Of a stretch of 25,857 bases of DNA, positions 8,191-16,908 are shown in pieces; position 1 is the first letter of the stretch, and each line of letters opens with the position of its first letter. This stretch comes from a virus. Lineage: Duplodnaviria > Caudoviricetes. The translations under genes were made by a program, and so were the position numbers. The stretch spans positions 1 through 25,857 of the IMG/VR virus record IMGVR_UViG_3300029448_000378; one strand, written 5' to 3'. Below the pieces are notes generated by a model. It saw only the letters and a program-made list of their open reading frames with translations, ran no database searches and was not told the DNA's origin.

Positions 8191-8459
8191 TGGCTAAGAC
8201 ACCAGCATGGCAACGTAAAGAAGGTAAGAGTAAATCTGGCGGTCTTAATGAAGCTGGTCGTAGATCTTTGCGTAGAGAAGGCAAAAACATTAAACGTCCT
8301 GTGTCTGCTAAACAGGCTAAGAAGTCTCCGAAGGCAGCAGCAAGGCGTAAATCATTTTGTAAGCGTATGATGGGTATGAAAAAGAAGCTTACAAGTAAAA
8401 AGACGGCTAATGACCCTAACAGCCGTATCAACAAAGCACTAAGGAAGTGGGATTGTTAA
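8190..8459 (+). CDS. highly basic small phage protein
   Basis: 89 aa, K/R-rich; GGLNEAGR, RRKSFCKRM and ALRKWDC motifs; TAATG overlap. Confidence 0.85.
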   Translation: MAKTPAWQRKEGKSKSGGLNEAGRRSLRREGKNIKRPVSAKQAKKSPKAAARRKSFCKRMMGMKKKLTSKKTANDPNSRINKALRKWDC

Positions 8460-9218
8460 ATGAATGAAGCAGCAGCGGAAAGCGTTGAAACCGAAGCATC
8501 AGTCGAGGTTCAGGCATCAGGAATGCAGGAGCAACCTCAAGAAGCATCAGTCGAAAGACCTGATTGGCTTCCTGAGAAGTTTGAAAGGCCAGAGGAACTT
8601 GCGAATAGCTATGGAGAGCTAGAGCGTAAGTTTTATCAACGTAAGGATGAGCTAAGAGAGCAGATTGTAAATGAGCTTAATGATGAAGCAATGAGTGCTT
8701 CTCCTATTAGCCCCGGCGATTATGAAATAGAGTTTCAGCCACCAGAAGGTTTGGAATACAGCATTGCCAACGATGACCCAATGTTAGATTGGTTTCGCAG
8801 CAAGGCTCACAATTATGGCCTATCTCAAGATGAGTTTAACCAAGTGATTAATGAGTATGCTGCTATGGATACTCAGCGTGGCCCTGATTGGAACACAGAG
8901 TCAGAAACTCTTGGTGAATATGCTGAACAACGTCTTGAGCGTGTAGATTCATGGGCAAATAAATCTTTGTCTGATGAAGCTTATTCAGCTTTTGCTAATA
9001 TGCCAGCATCTGCCAACATGGTGCATTTATTTGAGGAACTCATGGAACTCAATGGTCAGCCTCAGTTTAACATGGTTAGTCCAACAGAGTTTCAAGAACG
9101 CATTAGTCGTGAAGATCTCATGTCAATGCAGAATGACCCGAAATACTGGAAAGAAAAGGATGCTGCCTTTATAGCTAAAGTCAGAGCCGGATTTGACCAG
9201 TTATCAAGACAGAAATGA
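8460..9218 (+). CDS. capsid scaffolding protein
   Basis: Acidic and helical; RPDWLPEKF motif typical of T7 gp9-like scaffolds; directly upstream of the capsid gene. Confidence 0.85.
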   Translation: MNEAAAESVETEASVEVQASGMQEQPQEASVERPDWLPEKFERPEELANSYGELERKFYQRKDELREQIVNELNDEAMSASPISPGDYEIEFQPPEGLEYSIANDDPMLDWFRSKAHNYGLSQDEFNQVINEYAAMDTQRGPDWNTESETLGEYAEQRLERVDSWANKSLSDEAYSAFANMPASANMVHLFEELMELNGQPQFNMVSPTEFQERISREDLMSMQNDPKYWKEKDAAFIAKVRAGFDQLSRQK

Positions 9219-9254
9219 ATGTGAATTAACAAAGACATTGTTTTCTGTCAGTTT
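9219..9254 (+). promoter_or_regulatory. candidate late promoter for the capsid gene
   Basis: ATGTGAATTAAC is identical to 21531-21542; TTAACA-N17-CAGTTT. Confidence 0.6.
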
Positions 9255-9266
9255 TGTCGTACAGAA

Positions 9267-9348
9267 GGCCCAAAGCGTTGGTATTGGCCCTAATTGGAGT
9301 AGCTCTCCTAAATGGACAACCAAATATTACCAGTGTGTAGGAACAACC
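9267..9348 (+). promoter_or_regulatory. structured 5' leader of the capsid mRNA
   Basis: Long imperfect hairpin with two nested GGCCC / GG(A)ACAACC internal-loop modules. Confidence 0.6.
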
Positions 9349-9391
9349 GGATGAACAGCGTAATTTTAACTTAGTTTAAGGAGATGATAGT

Positions 9392-10219
9392 ATGGCGACC
9401 CCATCTATTGATACTTCCTTTATCGAGGAGTTTGAATCCGGCGTCCATATGGCGTATCAGCGTATGGGTTCAAAGCTTCGTGGTACTATTCGTACTGCCA
9501 ATGGCGTAAAGAATAAAACCACTTTCCAGAAAATCGGTAAAGGTTTTGCGACTACAAAGGCTCGGCATGGTAATGTCGCACCTATGAACCTCGAACACAC
9601 AAATGTAAATGTAGTCCTAGAGGATTATTTTGCAGGCGAGTGGATTGATGACCTTGACCAACTCCGTATCAACCACGATGAGATGCTTGTCGCTCAACAG
9701 TCAGGTGCTTATGCACTAGGCCGTAAGACAGACGATCTTATCTTGGCGGCTATGGATGCAACAACCAACAACCTTAATGAAACCACAAACGGTATCACAT
9801 TGGCTTGGGCTTTCAGCTTGATGGAAGCATTTGGTAACAATGATGTTCCTGATGATGGTTCACGTTATTGTGTTGTAGGTTGGGAAAACTGGTCACAACT
9901 TATGGACATCGATGAGTTCTCTCGTGCAGAATACATTGGCACAGAGAATCTTCCATTTGCAAACTCAGTCACAGCTAAAAGCTGGTTGGGCTTCACTTGG
10001 TTTCCATTCTCAGGCTTAAGCGAAGCTGGTAGTGGAAATGTTGATCGTAAATGTTTTGCTTGGCACACAAGTGCAGTAGGACATGCGATTGGTGCAGATG
10101 TCTCTTCTAACATGCAGTATCACAACGATAAGGATGCTTATTTTGTTCTGAATAAGATGCAAATGAATGCTACACTTATTGATGCGAATGCCTGTTACGA
10201 ACTACAGCTAAAGAAATAG
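9392..10219 (+). CDS. major capsid protein
   Basis: AAGGAG RBS; YQRMGSKLRGT, ALGRKTDDLI, WLGFTW and FAWH motifs; position after the scaffold. Confidence 0.92.
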   Translation: MATPSIDTSFIEEFESGVHMAYQRMGSKLRGTIRTANGVKNKTTFQKIGKGFATTKARHGNVAPMNLEHTNVNVVLEDYFAGEWIDDLDQLRINHDEMLVAQQSGAYALGRKTDDLILAAMDATTNNLNETTNGITLAWAFSLMEAFGNNDVPDDGSRYCVVGWENWSQLMDIDEFSRAEYIGTENLPFANSVTAKSWLGFTWFPFSGLSEAGSGNVDRKCFAWHTSAVGHAIGADVSSNMQYHNDKDAYFVLNKMQMNATLIDANACYELQLKK

Positions 10220-10230
10220 GAGGACTGATA

Positions 10231-10491
10231 ATGGCTTTTGTTGCAGCAGACCTCACTTTGGTCAACTACAGTGGAAATGGCTTCCATATCTGGCATTATG
10301 TCTCTACTGGGGACGCTAATAATACCATTGATGCGGCTGGTTATTTCAACGGTGCTTCAAACGAAATGAATGTTGGCGATGTTATCTTCGTTAACTCTTC
10401 AGACGGTTTTGGCATAGTTAATGTTCTTAGCAATTCTGGTGGAGTTGTCGATACTGGTGACGTTGTCACCATGGCAACCGACTCTCGGTAA
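10231..10491 (+). CDS. putative capsid decoration/cement protein
   Basis: AGGAGG RBS; beta-rich 86 aa (AAGYFN, VGDVIFV); follows the capsid gene. Confidence 0.65.
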   Translation: MAFVAADLTLVNYSGNGFHIWHYVSTGDANNTIDAAGYFNGASNEMNVGDVIFVNSSDGFGIVNVLSNSGGVVDTGDVVTMATDSR

Positions 10492-10619
10492 TGGCTAAGA
10501 AGCCAACATTGAAGGCGGCAGCGAAAGCTGCCCCTTCTACCTCTCCTAAAGAGGAGATTCGTAAGGGCTATACTGTAAAGATTGGCCCTAATGCTAAATT
10601 AGGTAAAGGTGTTAAGTAA
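10491..10619 (+). CDS. small basic protein (42 aa), not in ORF track
   Basis: MAKKPTLKAAAKAAPSTSPKEEIRKGYTVKIGPNAKLGKGVK; TAATG overlaps at both ends. Confidence 0.7.
   Translation: MAKKPTLKAAAKAAPSTSPKEEIRKGYTVKIGPNAKLGKGVK
10511..10540 (+). terminator. strong hairpin after the capsid genes, probable partial terminator
   Basis: GAAGG-C-GGCAGC-GAAA-GCTGCC-CCTTC; poor U-tract; lies within the 42-aa ORF. Confidence 0.5.
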
Positions 10620-10780
10620 TGGGTAATATAATTTTAAGAAAGATGGGCAGAGGTGCTGCTAAAATTCTTAACATTGACCTTGATAAAGGCGTTAATTTTG
10701 CAATGAAGGGCGGTAAAGAAATTAGTATGAGATCTGCCCAAAAACAACTTAAACGCAGCTTAAAGAAATATGGGAAGTAG
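10619..10780 (+). CDS. small basic protein (53 aa), not in ORF track
   Basis: MGNIILRKMGRGAAKILNIDLDKGVNFAMKGGKEISMRSAQKQLKRSLKKYGK; TAATG overlap upstream. Confidence 0.7.
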   Translation: MGNIILRKMGRGAAKILNIDLDKGVNFAMKGGKEISMRSAQKQLKRSLKKYGK

Positions 10781-10782
10781 AT

Positions 10783-10890
10783 ATGAAAATTTGTGCAACT
10801 TGTCCAACCCCAGGCAAATGTCGTGCGGCTGGTAAATGTTTAAATCCAAAGAAATCAACTAAGACTATGGGAAAGGGTTACGGTAAGTAA
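10783..10890 (+). CDS. Cys4 basic microprotein (35 aa), not in ORF track
   Basis: MKICATCPTPGKCRAAGKCLNPKKSTKTMGKGYGK; CxxC-x5-C-x5-C; TAATG overlap with the next gene. Confidence 0.7.
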   Translation: MKICATCPTPGKCRAAGKCLNPKKSTKTMGKGYGK

Positions 10891-11510
10891 TGCCAACGAC
10901 CCCATCTACAGATATTGAAGTAGCACAAAAAGCAATGGTTCTAATTGGTTTAGAGCCATTAGCTTCATTTACAGACCAGACTGATGAAGCATTGGTAGCT
11001 AACACAATCTTTGAAGATGTGGTGGAGGACTGCCTTGCTCAACATAACTGGAACTTTGCTACTGGTCAGAAAACTCTTAGTAGACTTACTGCTGTTCCAG
11101 TAGATCGCTGGGACGCTGCATACGCTCTTCCTACAAGCCCTGCGGTTGTTCAGGTACAAACTGTTACCATTGATGATCAACCCCAGCAGTACGACATCTA
11201 TGAGCGTTATGTGTACCTTAATGCTGATGCGTCAGAGACAGTTGTATTAAATTACATATTTCGTCCAGAAACACAGTATTGGCCTCCGGCATTTACTATG
11301 TGGACAATATTTAGATTGGCTTCTGTGTTAGCTTTGTCTGTTACTCGTAAGGGCGATGTTGCAAAGTCATATACTGATCTTGCAGAAGTTCAGTTTCGTA
11401 GGGCAAAAGCTCGTGATAGCCAACAGGTAACAACTCAAGGTCTACGCCCAAGTAGATACCATCGTGTTCGTATGGGTAATGGTATTTATCAAAATGTAGA
11501 GGGACTTTAA
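10890..11510 (+). CDS. tail tubular protein A / adaptor (T7 gp11-like)
   Basis: 206 aa; AMVLIG, HNWNFAT, AYALP and AKARDSQ motifs; expected position. Confidence 0.85.
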   Translation: MPTTPSTDIEVAQKAMVLIGLEPLASFTDQTDEALVANTIFEDVVEDCLAQHNWNFATGQKTLSRLTAVPVDRWDAAYALPTSPAVVQVQTVTIDDQPQQYDIYERYVYLNADASETVVLNYIFRPETQYWPPAFTMWTIFRLASVLALSVTRKGDVAKSYTDLAEVQFRRAKARDSQQVTTQGLRPSRYHRVRMGNGIYQNVEGL

Positions 11511-11513
11511 TGA

Positions 11514-13445
11514 ATGGCACTTCTACGGCAGTTCTACACAAACTTTACGGCTGGGGAACTAACTCCGCTGTTGTCATCCCGCATGGATTCAGACGCATAT
11601 AAGAATGGGTCTAAAACGCTTCGTAATTTCCGTATGCGAGCGCAGGGTGGTATTACTCGTAGAGGTGGCTGCCAGTATCTTCAAACTTTGTCTAATACCG
11701 ACTATCAAATGGAGTCGTATATTTTTGACGAAGATGAATCATACATCCTTTTATTTAGTAATACTAAGTTGGATATTATTGATGTTACTAGCCTCACCTC
11801 AGTAACCCAGACAATTACATCATGTCCTTGGACTACAGCAATGATAGGCCAGCTAAGGGTTACTCAGTCAGGTGACACAATGATTATTGTTCATCCTGAT
11901 ATTGCTATGCAGAAACTTACAAGAACTTCAGCATCAAATTTTACGTTAGCTAATTTTGCTTTTGATAGCTCTGATGGTTTTGTTCATCAACCGTATTATA
12001 AGTTTGCAGCACCAGCGGTAACTCTTACACCTACAAATACATCAACAAGTAATCAGACCTTTACTGCAAGTGCATCTATATTCAGTTCTGCTTGGGTAGG
12101 TGAAGAGATTGAGTTTACAGATGAAGGCCTTACGGTTCATCATATAGAAGTTATAGCGTATCTAAGCGCAACAACAATAACAGGCAAATTCGATACAGCA
12201 CCAAATAACGGTAATGGTGTTGATACATGGAAGGAACAGGTTTTCTCAACTCGTAATGGATTTGCAAGATCTGTTATGTTCCATGATCAAAGGCTTATAT
12301 TTGGTGGTTCTCGTGACTTACCAAACCATTTGTTCTTTTCTAAAGTGGGTGAGTATTTTAATTTTGATGTTGGTACTGGATTAGACGATCAGTCAATTCA
12401 GGTTCAAATTGCAGAGAACCAAGTATCAGAGATAAAGTCTATGCAGTCATTTAGACATCTTGCAGTGTTTACATCTGAACAGGAACTATATTGCCCAACG
12501 ATTGAAAATCGTCCACTAACGCCAAGCACTATATCTGTAAAGAAGCAGACATCGTTTGGCAGCGGTGAAGTGCAGCCAGCAGAGTTTGATGGTGCTGTTG
12601 TGTTTCTCACAAAATCAAAAGGTGCAATTAGAGAGTTTATTTATTCTGATATAAGCCAAGCATATAATTCTGATTCTATAACTATTCTGTCTCAGCATTT
12701 AATTGGAACACCTGTTGATATTGTTGCTCAAAGAGAAGCTTCTGATCAGGTAGAGAGCTATCTTTACTCCATCAACTCAGATGGAAACATTGCTGTCTTT
12801 ACCAGTATTCGTAAGGAAAAGCTGCAAGGCTGGTCATTGTATGAGACTGAAGGATCGTTTAAGAACATAGTTAATGTTAATCGAAGGATATACCTCATAT
12901 CACAGAGAACTATTAACTCCTCTACTGTTACGACACTTGAGCTTTTGGACAATGATTATCACTTGGATAGCGCAGTCAAAGACACTCATGGAAGCCCAAA
13001 AACAGCATGGCAAGTAGCACACCTCCCTAATACAGTGGTTCACGTTAAGTCTGGAAACTACAGCCTTGGCTCTTACACAACAGATGGATCTGGTAACTTA
13101 ACTCTTAATTCTGCCGTTGATGAGGTAGAGATTGGAATTAACTACACACCTACACTGACAACACTGCCGCCTGAGTTTCAGTTGCAAGATGGTATATCGT
13201 TTGGTCAGAAGCGTAGAATAGTTAGAGCTGTTCTTGATCTTAATGAAACACTAGATGTAAAAGCAAAGGGTACAAAGGTTTTAATAAGGCGTGCTACAAG
13301 TAACTTTGCAAACCAACCAGATGCTATTACTGCTCGTAAGGAGATATATTTTCTTGGTTGGTCTAACGAAGGCACCGTAACAATAACGCAGGATGAGCCA
13401 TTGCCTATTGGTTTGAATGGCATATTGCTTGAGGTGGAAGTCTAA
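11514..13445 (+). CDS. tail tubular protein B / nozzle (T7 gp12-like)
   Basis: NFTAGELTP, QGGITRRGG, FHDQRLIFGG and QDEPLP motifs; beta-rich, 643 aa. Confidence 0.9.
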   Translation: MALLRQFYTNFTAGELTPLLSSRMDSDAYKNGSKTLRNFRMRAQGGITRRGGCQYLQTLSNTDYQMESYIFDEDESYILLFSNTKLDIIDVTSLTSVTQTITSCPWTTAMIGQLRVTQSGDTMIIVHPDIAMQKLTRTSASNFTLANFAFDSSDGFVHQPYYKFAAPAVTLTPTNTSTSNQTFTASASIFSSAWVGEEIEFTDEGLTVHHIEVIAYLSATTITGKFDTAPNNGNGVDTWKEQVFSTRNGFARSVMFHDQRLIFGGSRDLPNHLFFSKVGEYFNFDVGTGLDDQSIQVQIAENQVSEIKSMQSFRHLAVFTSEQELYCPTIENRPLTPSTISVKKQTSFGSGEVQPAEFDGAVVFLTKSKGAIREFIYSDISQAYNSDSITILSQHLIGTPVDIVAQREASDQVESYLYSINSDGNIAVFTSIRKEKLQGWSLYETEGSFKNIVNVNRRIYLISQRTINSSTVTTLELLDNDYHLDSAVKDTHGSPKTAWQVAHLPNTVVHVKSGNYSLGSYTTDGSGNLTLNSAVDEVEIGINYTPTLTTLPPEFQLQDGISFGQKRRIVRAVLDLNETLDVKAKGTKVLIRRATSNFANQPDAITARKEIYFLGWSNEGTVTITQDEPLPIGLNGILLEVEV

Positions 13446-13867
13446 TGGGCGTACAGATGCAAATTGCAGGGCTTTTCATGGGCTTTATGGCTGCACAACA
13501 AGCCAGAAAAGCACATGAACTAGAAGCACAGTCATATCGTGAGCAAGCAGATATGGCAAAGATTGAAGCTGGTCAAAAAGAAATAGAGCGTAACAGAAAG
13601 CTTCGTATTCAGCTTGCTGCGCTTGGTACATCAATGTCTGCTCAAGGTGTAGCTCTTGGCACATCTCAATCAGTTTCCGCTTTGTCTACTGATGAAACCA
13701 GAATAGCAAAGCAAGATGTAGATACTATTAGGCTTATGGGGCAGTCAGAAAGACGTAAGTTTGCTTTGAGTGCTGCTGGTTCTGATGCCGCTGCTTCGGC
13801 TGCTACTATGGGTGGTTTTGCTAAAACTCTTGGTGGTATTTATAGTATTGATAAGGGTGTAGGTTAA
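13445..13867 (+). CDS. internal virion (ejection) protein, gp14-like
   Basis: Ala/Gly-rich helical 140 aa with hydrophobic ends; follows the nozzle gene. Confidence 0.7.
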   Translation: MGVQMQIAGLFMGFMAAQQARKAHELEAQSYREQADMAKIEAGQKEIERNRKLRIQLAALGTSMSAQGVALGTSQSVSALSTDETRIAKQDVDTIRLMGQSERRKFALSAAGSDAAASAATMGGFAKTLGGIYSIDKGVG

Positions 13868-16800
13868 TGGCTTTTAAGAAAACAGGTGGTAGAACTTCTT
13901 TTGTGCAGCCAACTGGCATGCCTGATCTTAGCGGTTTCTTTGACTCAGCAAGAACAATGCAAGAGATTGGTAATCTTACAAATAGTATAGGCACTGATAT
14001 TCGCAAGCGTGAGTACAATGATTTAATTCGTCAGGCAGAGATTGATGGGTCAACTGCTGGTGCTGTATTTAAAGATGGTAAACTACAACCATTAGTAAAC
14101 TTCGATTATGCAAAAGCAACTGAGACATACTCAAGCAGTGATCAAAAGAATGTTTTAGATGCTTATCGCAAATCAGCAATTAGAACCTATGTATCTGCTG
14201 CTTCTAACGATATTGATCTTGCTGCACAAACAGCATTAGACAATAATGCAAACGATCCAGATGGTGTTCGTGGTTCTTTTAGTGGATTTATAGAAGGTCT
14301 TGAAGATCTTGACCCACAGATTAAATCTGCTCTTATGCCAAAGGCTGTTAAAGCATTTGGTGTTGCCGAAAACAGAGCTTTAGCGCAGCAACAAAAAGAA
14401 GCAAAAGAAGATTCTATTTATCAAAATGGTCAAGCTTTCCAAGCTCTTTCTGTTGAAAAGGGAAAGTTAATTGCATCTTTTGATGATAATGAAGCGGAAA
14501 ACGAATCAAAGCTTGCTCGTCTGAGAGAGATTGAGGGTGAGCAATCTCAAATTAAAGAGTCATTATCTCTTAATGAAGTATCTCAAAAAAAGATTTCTCA
14601 ATTAGATGATGCTGATCGTACTGTTGTAGCTGCTCGTGTAGGCACTAATTACATTAAAAAGATATACGCAGCTAACGGTGCAGAAGCGGCGCACAATGCA
14701 GCAAGCGATATTGAAGAGCAAGCAAAGGCAAACCCAGATCTTGATGAAAAGGTTCTTGGTGAAATTGCACATCAAACTGTTTCATCATTAATCTCTATGG
14801 ATGCTTTAAGAGATAGAGAAAATACCAAGTTACAAAAGTCTATATATAATGATCTTACTTATCGTGTAACTACTGAAGGTCTTGATATTAACAATCTTTT
14901 GCTTGATCCAAATAGTGATTTTTTTAAACTTAATGGGGCGCAAAGAACAACTCTTTTAGCTGTTTCTAAACAATCTCAGCAAGAAGTGACTAATGTTGTT
15001 AAGGCTCAAAACCAAAAGATTCTTGTGGATCAAAGAGCTATAATAGATAACCCAGAAATACATACTATTGATCAAGTTAGGGCTGCTGGCAGAGCAATAT
15101 CAGCTATGCGTGATAATGGTGATATAGACTCTTACAAAGATATTGTAGATGCAAAGATGGCTTATAGAAAAGCTGCTGGATATTACAATACTGGAACTAG
15201 AAACGATATTGCTTCGGCTCTTTACTTTGAACTCAACAAAGACACTAGCTCATTTGTTGAAGATCCTGCCTACTATGTCACTCCTGAGTTTATTTCTAAG
15301 CTAGAAGCAAGTGGTGTTATTGGGCCTGACAGTCCACATTACAAAACAAGAGGTGCTTATGATAAAGCAATAGCATCTTATGTTGCAGCATATCAGGATC
15401 GTGCAGATGGTGTCGCTTCTGCTAATAAAGCTGAACGCAAGGCCAGAAATAATATTCCTCTTAGTGCAGATGACTTAGCCAATCTTGTAGAGTATAAAGG
15501 GTTTGATAAGTTTCGTACTAAGAACGAATCAGGACAAGATGTTCTTGTTGATATAGATCTTCTTAGCGATGACCCTACTATTGTTGCTGGAAGCATTGAT
15601 GCTGTTTCTAACTTCTCTGTTGAAACAAGCGGTTTGTTGCATCCTGATGCTGCTGAGATATTTTCCAGAGCGCCATATACTATGCAGAATGCTGATCTAG
15701 CTACTCGCATTATGGGTCAGATTGTTTCTGGTATTAGACAGAAAACCCCGGGAACAAGTAAAGCAACTGCTGTTGGTATGTTTTTAGCTGGCAATGACAT
15801 TAGTGAAGAAACTGTTGGCTTTATAAGATCTGTTGAGCAGATAGGCATTGAAAACGCAATGCAATCATATGTTGCTGAAAAAGGTTTTAGCAAAAACAGA
15901 AATGTTAATGAACATTTAAGTAGAGACGGTTTTGACAAAGATCAGTTTTTTAACAAAATATTTGAAGAAGCTCTTGAGAATGAAAAGTTTTTTACATTAA
16001 TTCAAACAACAATATCTCCAGAAGCAAAACAGATGCTAAACCAAATAGCCGCCGATGGTGGCGTTAGCAGTAGTGAGCTTGAAAGTGCCTTTATTAAAGA
16101 CCCTACTATTAAGCAAGCCGTAATGAATATTTTTTACGACAAGGTTTCAAATGTAAGTTCTGGTTCTCCTGTCACTCACATGCAAGACACAATAAGGCAA
16201 CTTGGTAAAAGACTCGGTGTTCAAAAGAATCCATCAACAGGGGCTTTAGAGTTTGTTAAGCATCCTATTTTAAAGTTTGCACAATCTACTGTCCCCACCG
16301 CTGCTGGTCAGGCCGTTGTATCTCTTTCGTATAAAGATATACAAAATGATGTAAGGGATAGGATTGTAAATAGCTTTGAGGATAGATTTGATTTTTTGAA
16401 TCCTCCTACAAAGGCTCAGGAATATATGTATCAAATGCTAAAGGATGTTGGCATAGAAAAGCTAGATGGAACAACTATGCACTTTCAGGCCAATGAATCT
16501 TTTGGTGGAGAACCAACATATAGTGTTTATGTTCAGGATAAGTATGGAAGAGCGCATTTGGTTAGCAACTCATATACTTACGATTTTAGAGACAGCAAAG
16601 CTTATAAAGAAAGTTATAAGGAAGTTATTAGTGAGCTTAAAACAGACAAGGCCAAACAGTTTTGGTCTATGTATGGTTTGATGGATAAAGGGTTGGTTCA
16701 GTCTACATTTGAAGCAATGGAGCGCAACCGTACAGATACCTCTCTTGATGGTTTATTTAATGCTTGGAATGCTTTTAGCAAAGCAACAACTCCATCTCAA

Positions 16801-16908
16801 ATTCTTGGAAATCAGCCAAGTCCTTGGTCAGCAACCACAGTAAGCCAAGAAGAAAAAGAAGAATTTTTCTACATTGTTGATCGTTTAACTACTTTGGGTT
16901 GGAGATAA
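13867..16908 (+). CDS. internal virion (ejection) protein, gp15-like
   Basis: 1013 aa, helical; position between the gp14-like and gp16-like genes. The call is positional. Confidence 0.65.
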   Translation: MAFKKTGGRTSFVQPTGMPDLSGFFDSARTMQEIGNLTNSIGTDIRKREYNDLIRQAEIDGSTAGAVFKDGKLQPLVNFDYAKATETYSSSDQKNVLDAYRKSAIRTYVSAASNDIDLAAQTALDNNANDPDGVRGSFSGFIEGLEDLDPQIKSALMPKAVKAFGVAENRALAQQQKEAKEDSIYQNGQAFQALSVEKGKLIASFDDNEAENESKLARLREIEGEQSQIKESLSLNEVSQKKISQLDDADRTVVAARVGTNYIKKIYAANGAEAAHNAASDIEEQAKANPDLDEKVLGEIAHQTVSSLISMDALRDRENTKLQKSIYNDLTYRVTTEGLDINNLLLDPNSDFFKLNGAQRTTLLAVSKQSQQEVTNVVKAQNQKILVDQRAIIDNPEIHTIDQVRAAGRAISAMRDNGDIDSYKDIVDAKMAYRKAAGYYNTGTRNDIASALYFELNKDTSSFVEDPAYYVTPEFISKLEASGVIGPDSPHYKTRGAYDKAIASYVAAYQDRADGVASANKAERKARNNIPLSADDLANLVEYKGFDKFRTKNESGQDVLVDIDLLSDDPTIVAGSIDAVSNFSVETSGLLHPDAAEIFSRAPYTMQNADLATRIMGQIVSGIRQKTPGTSKATAVGMFLAGNDISEETVGFIRSVEQIGIENAMQSYVAEKGFSKNRNVNEHLSRDGFDKDQFFNKIFEEALENEKFFTLIQTTISPEAKQMLNQIAADGGVSSSELESAFIKDPTIKQAVMNIFYDKVSNVSSGSPVTHMQDTIRQLGKRLGVQKNPSTGALEFVKHPILKFAQSTVPTAAGQAVVSLSYKDIQNDVRDRIVNSFEDRFDFLNPPTKAQEYMYQMLKDVGIEKLDGTTMHFQANESFGGEPTYSVYVQDKYGRAHLVSNSYTYDFRDSKAYKESYKEVISELKTDKAKQFWSMYGLMDKGLVQSTFEAMERNRTDTSLDGLFNAWNAFSKATTPSQILGNQPSPWSATTVSQEEKEEFFYIVDRLTTLGWR

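Noticed and set aside
14585-14592. In-frame A_AAA_AAG heptamer in the gp15-like gene
   Set aside because: No evident domain boundary or stimulatory structure; Gln-Lys-Lys codons produce this by chance in AT-rich DNA.
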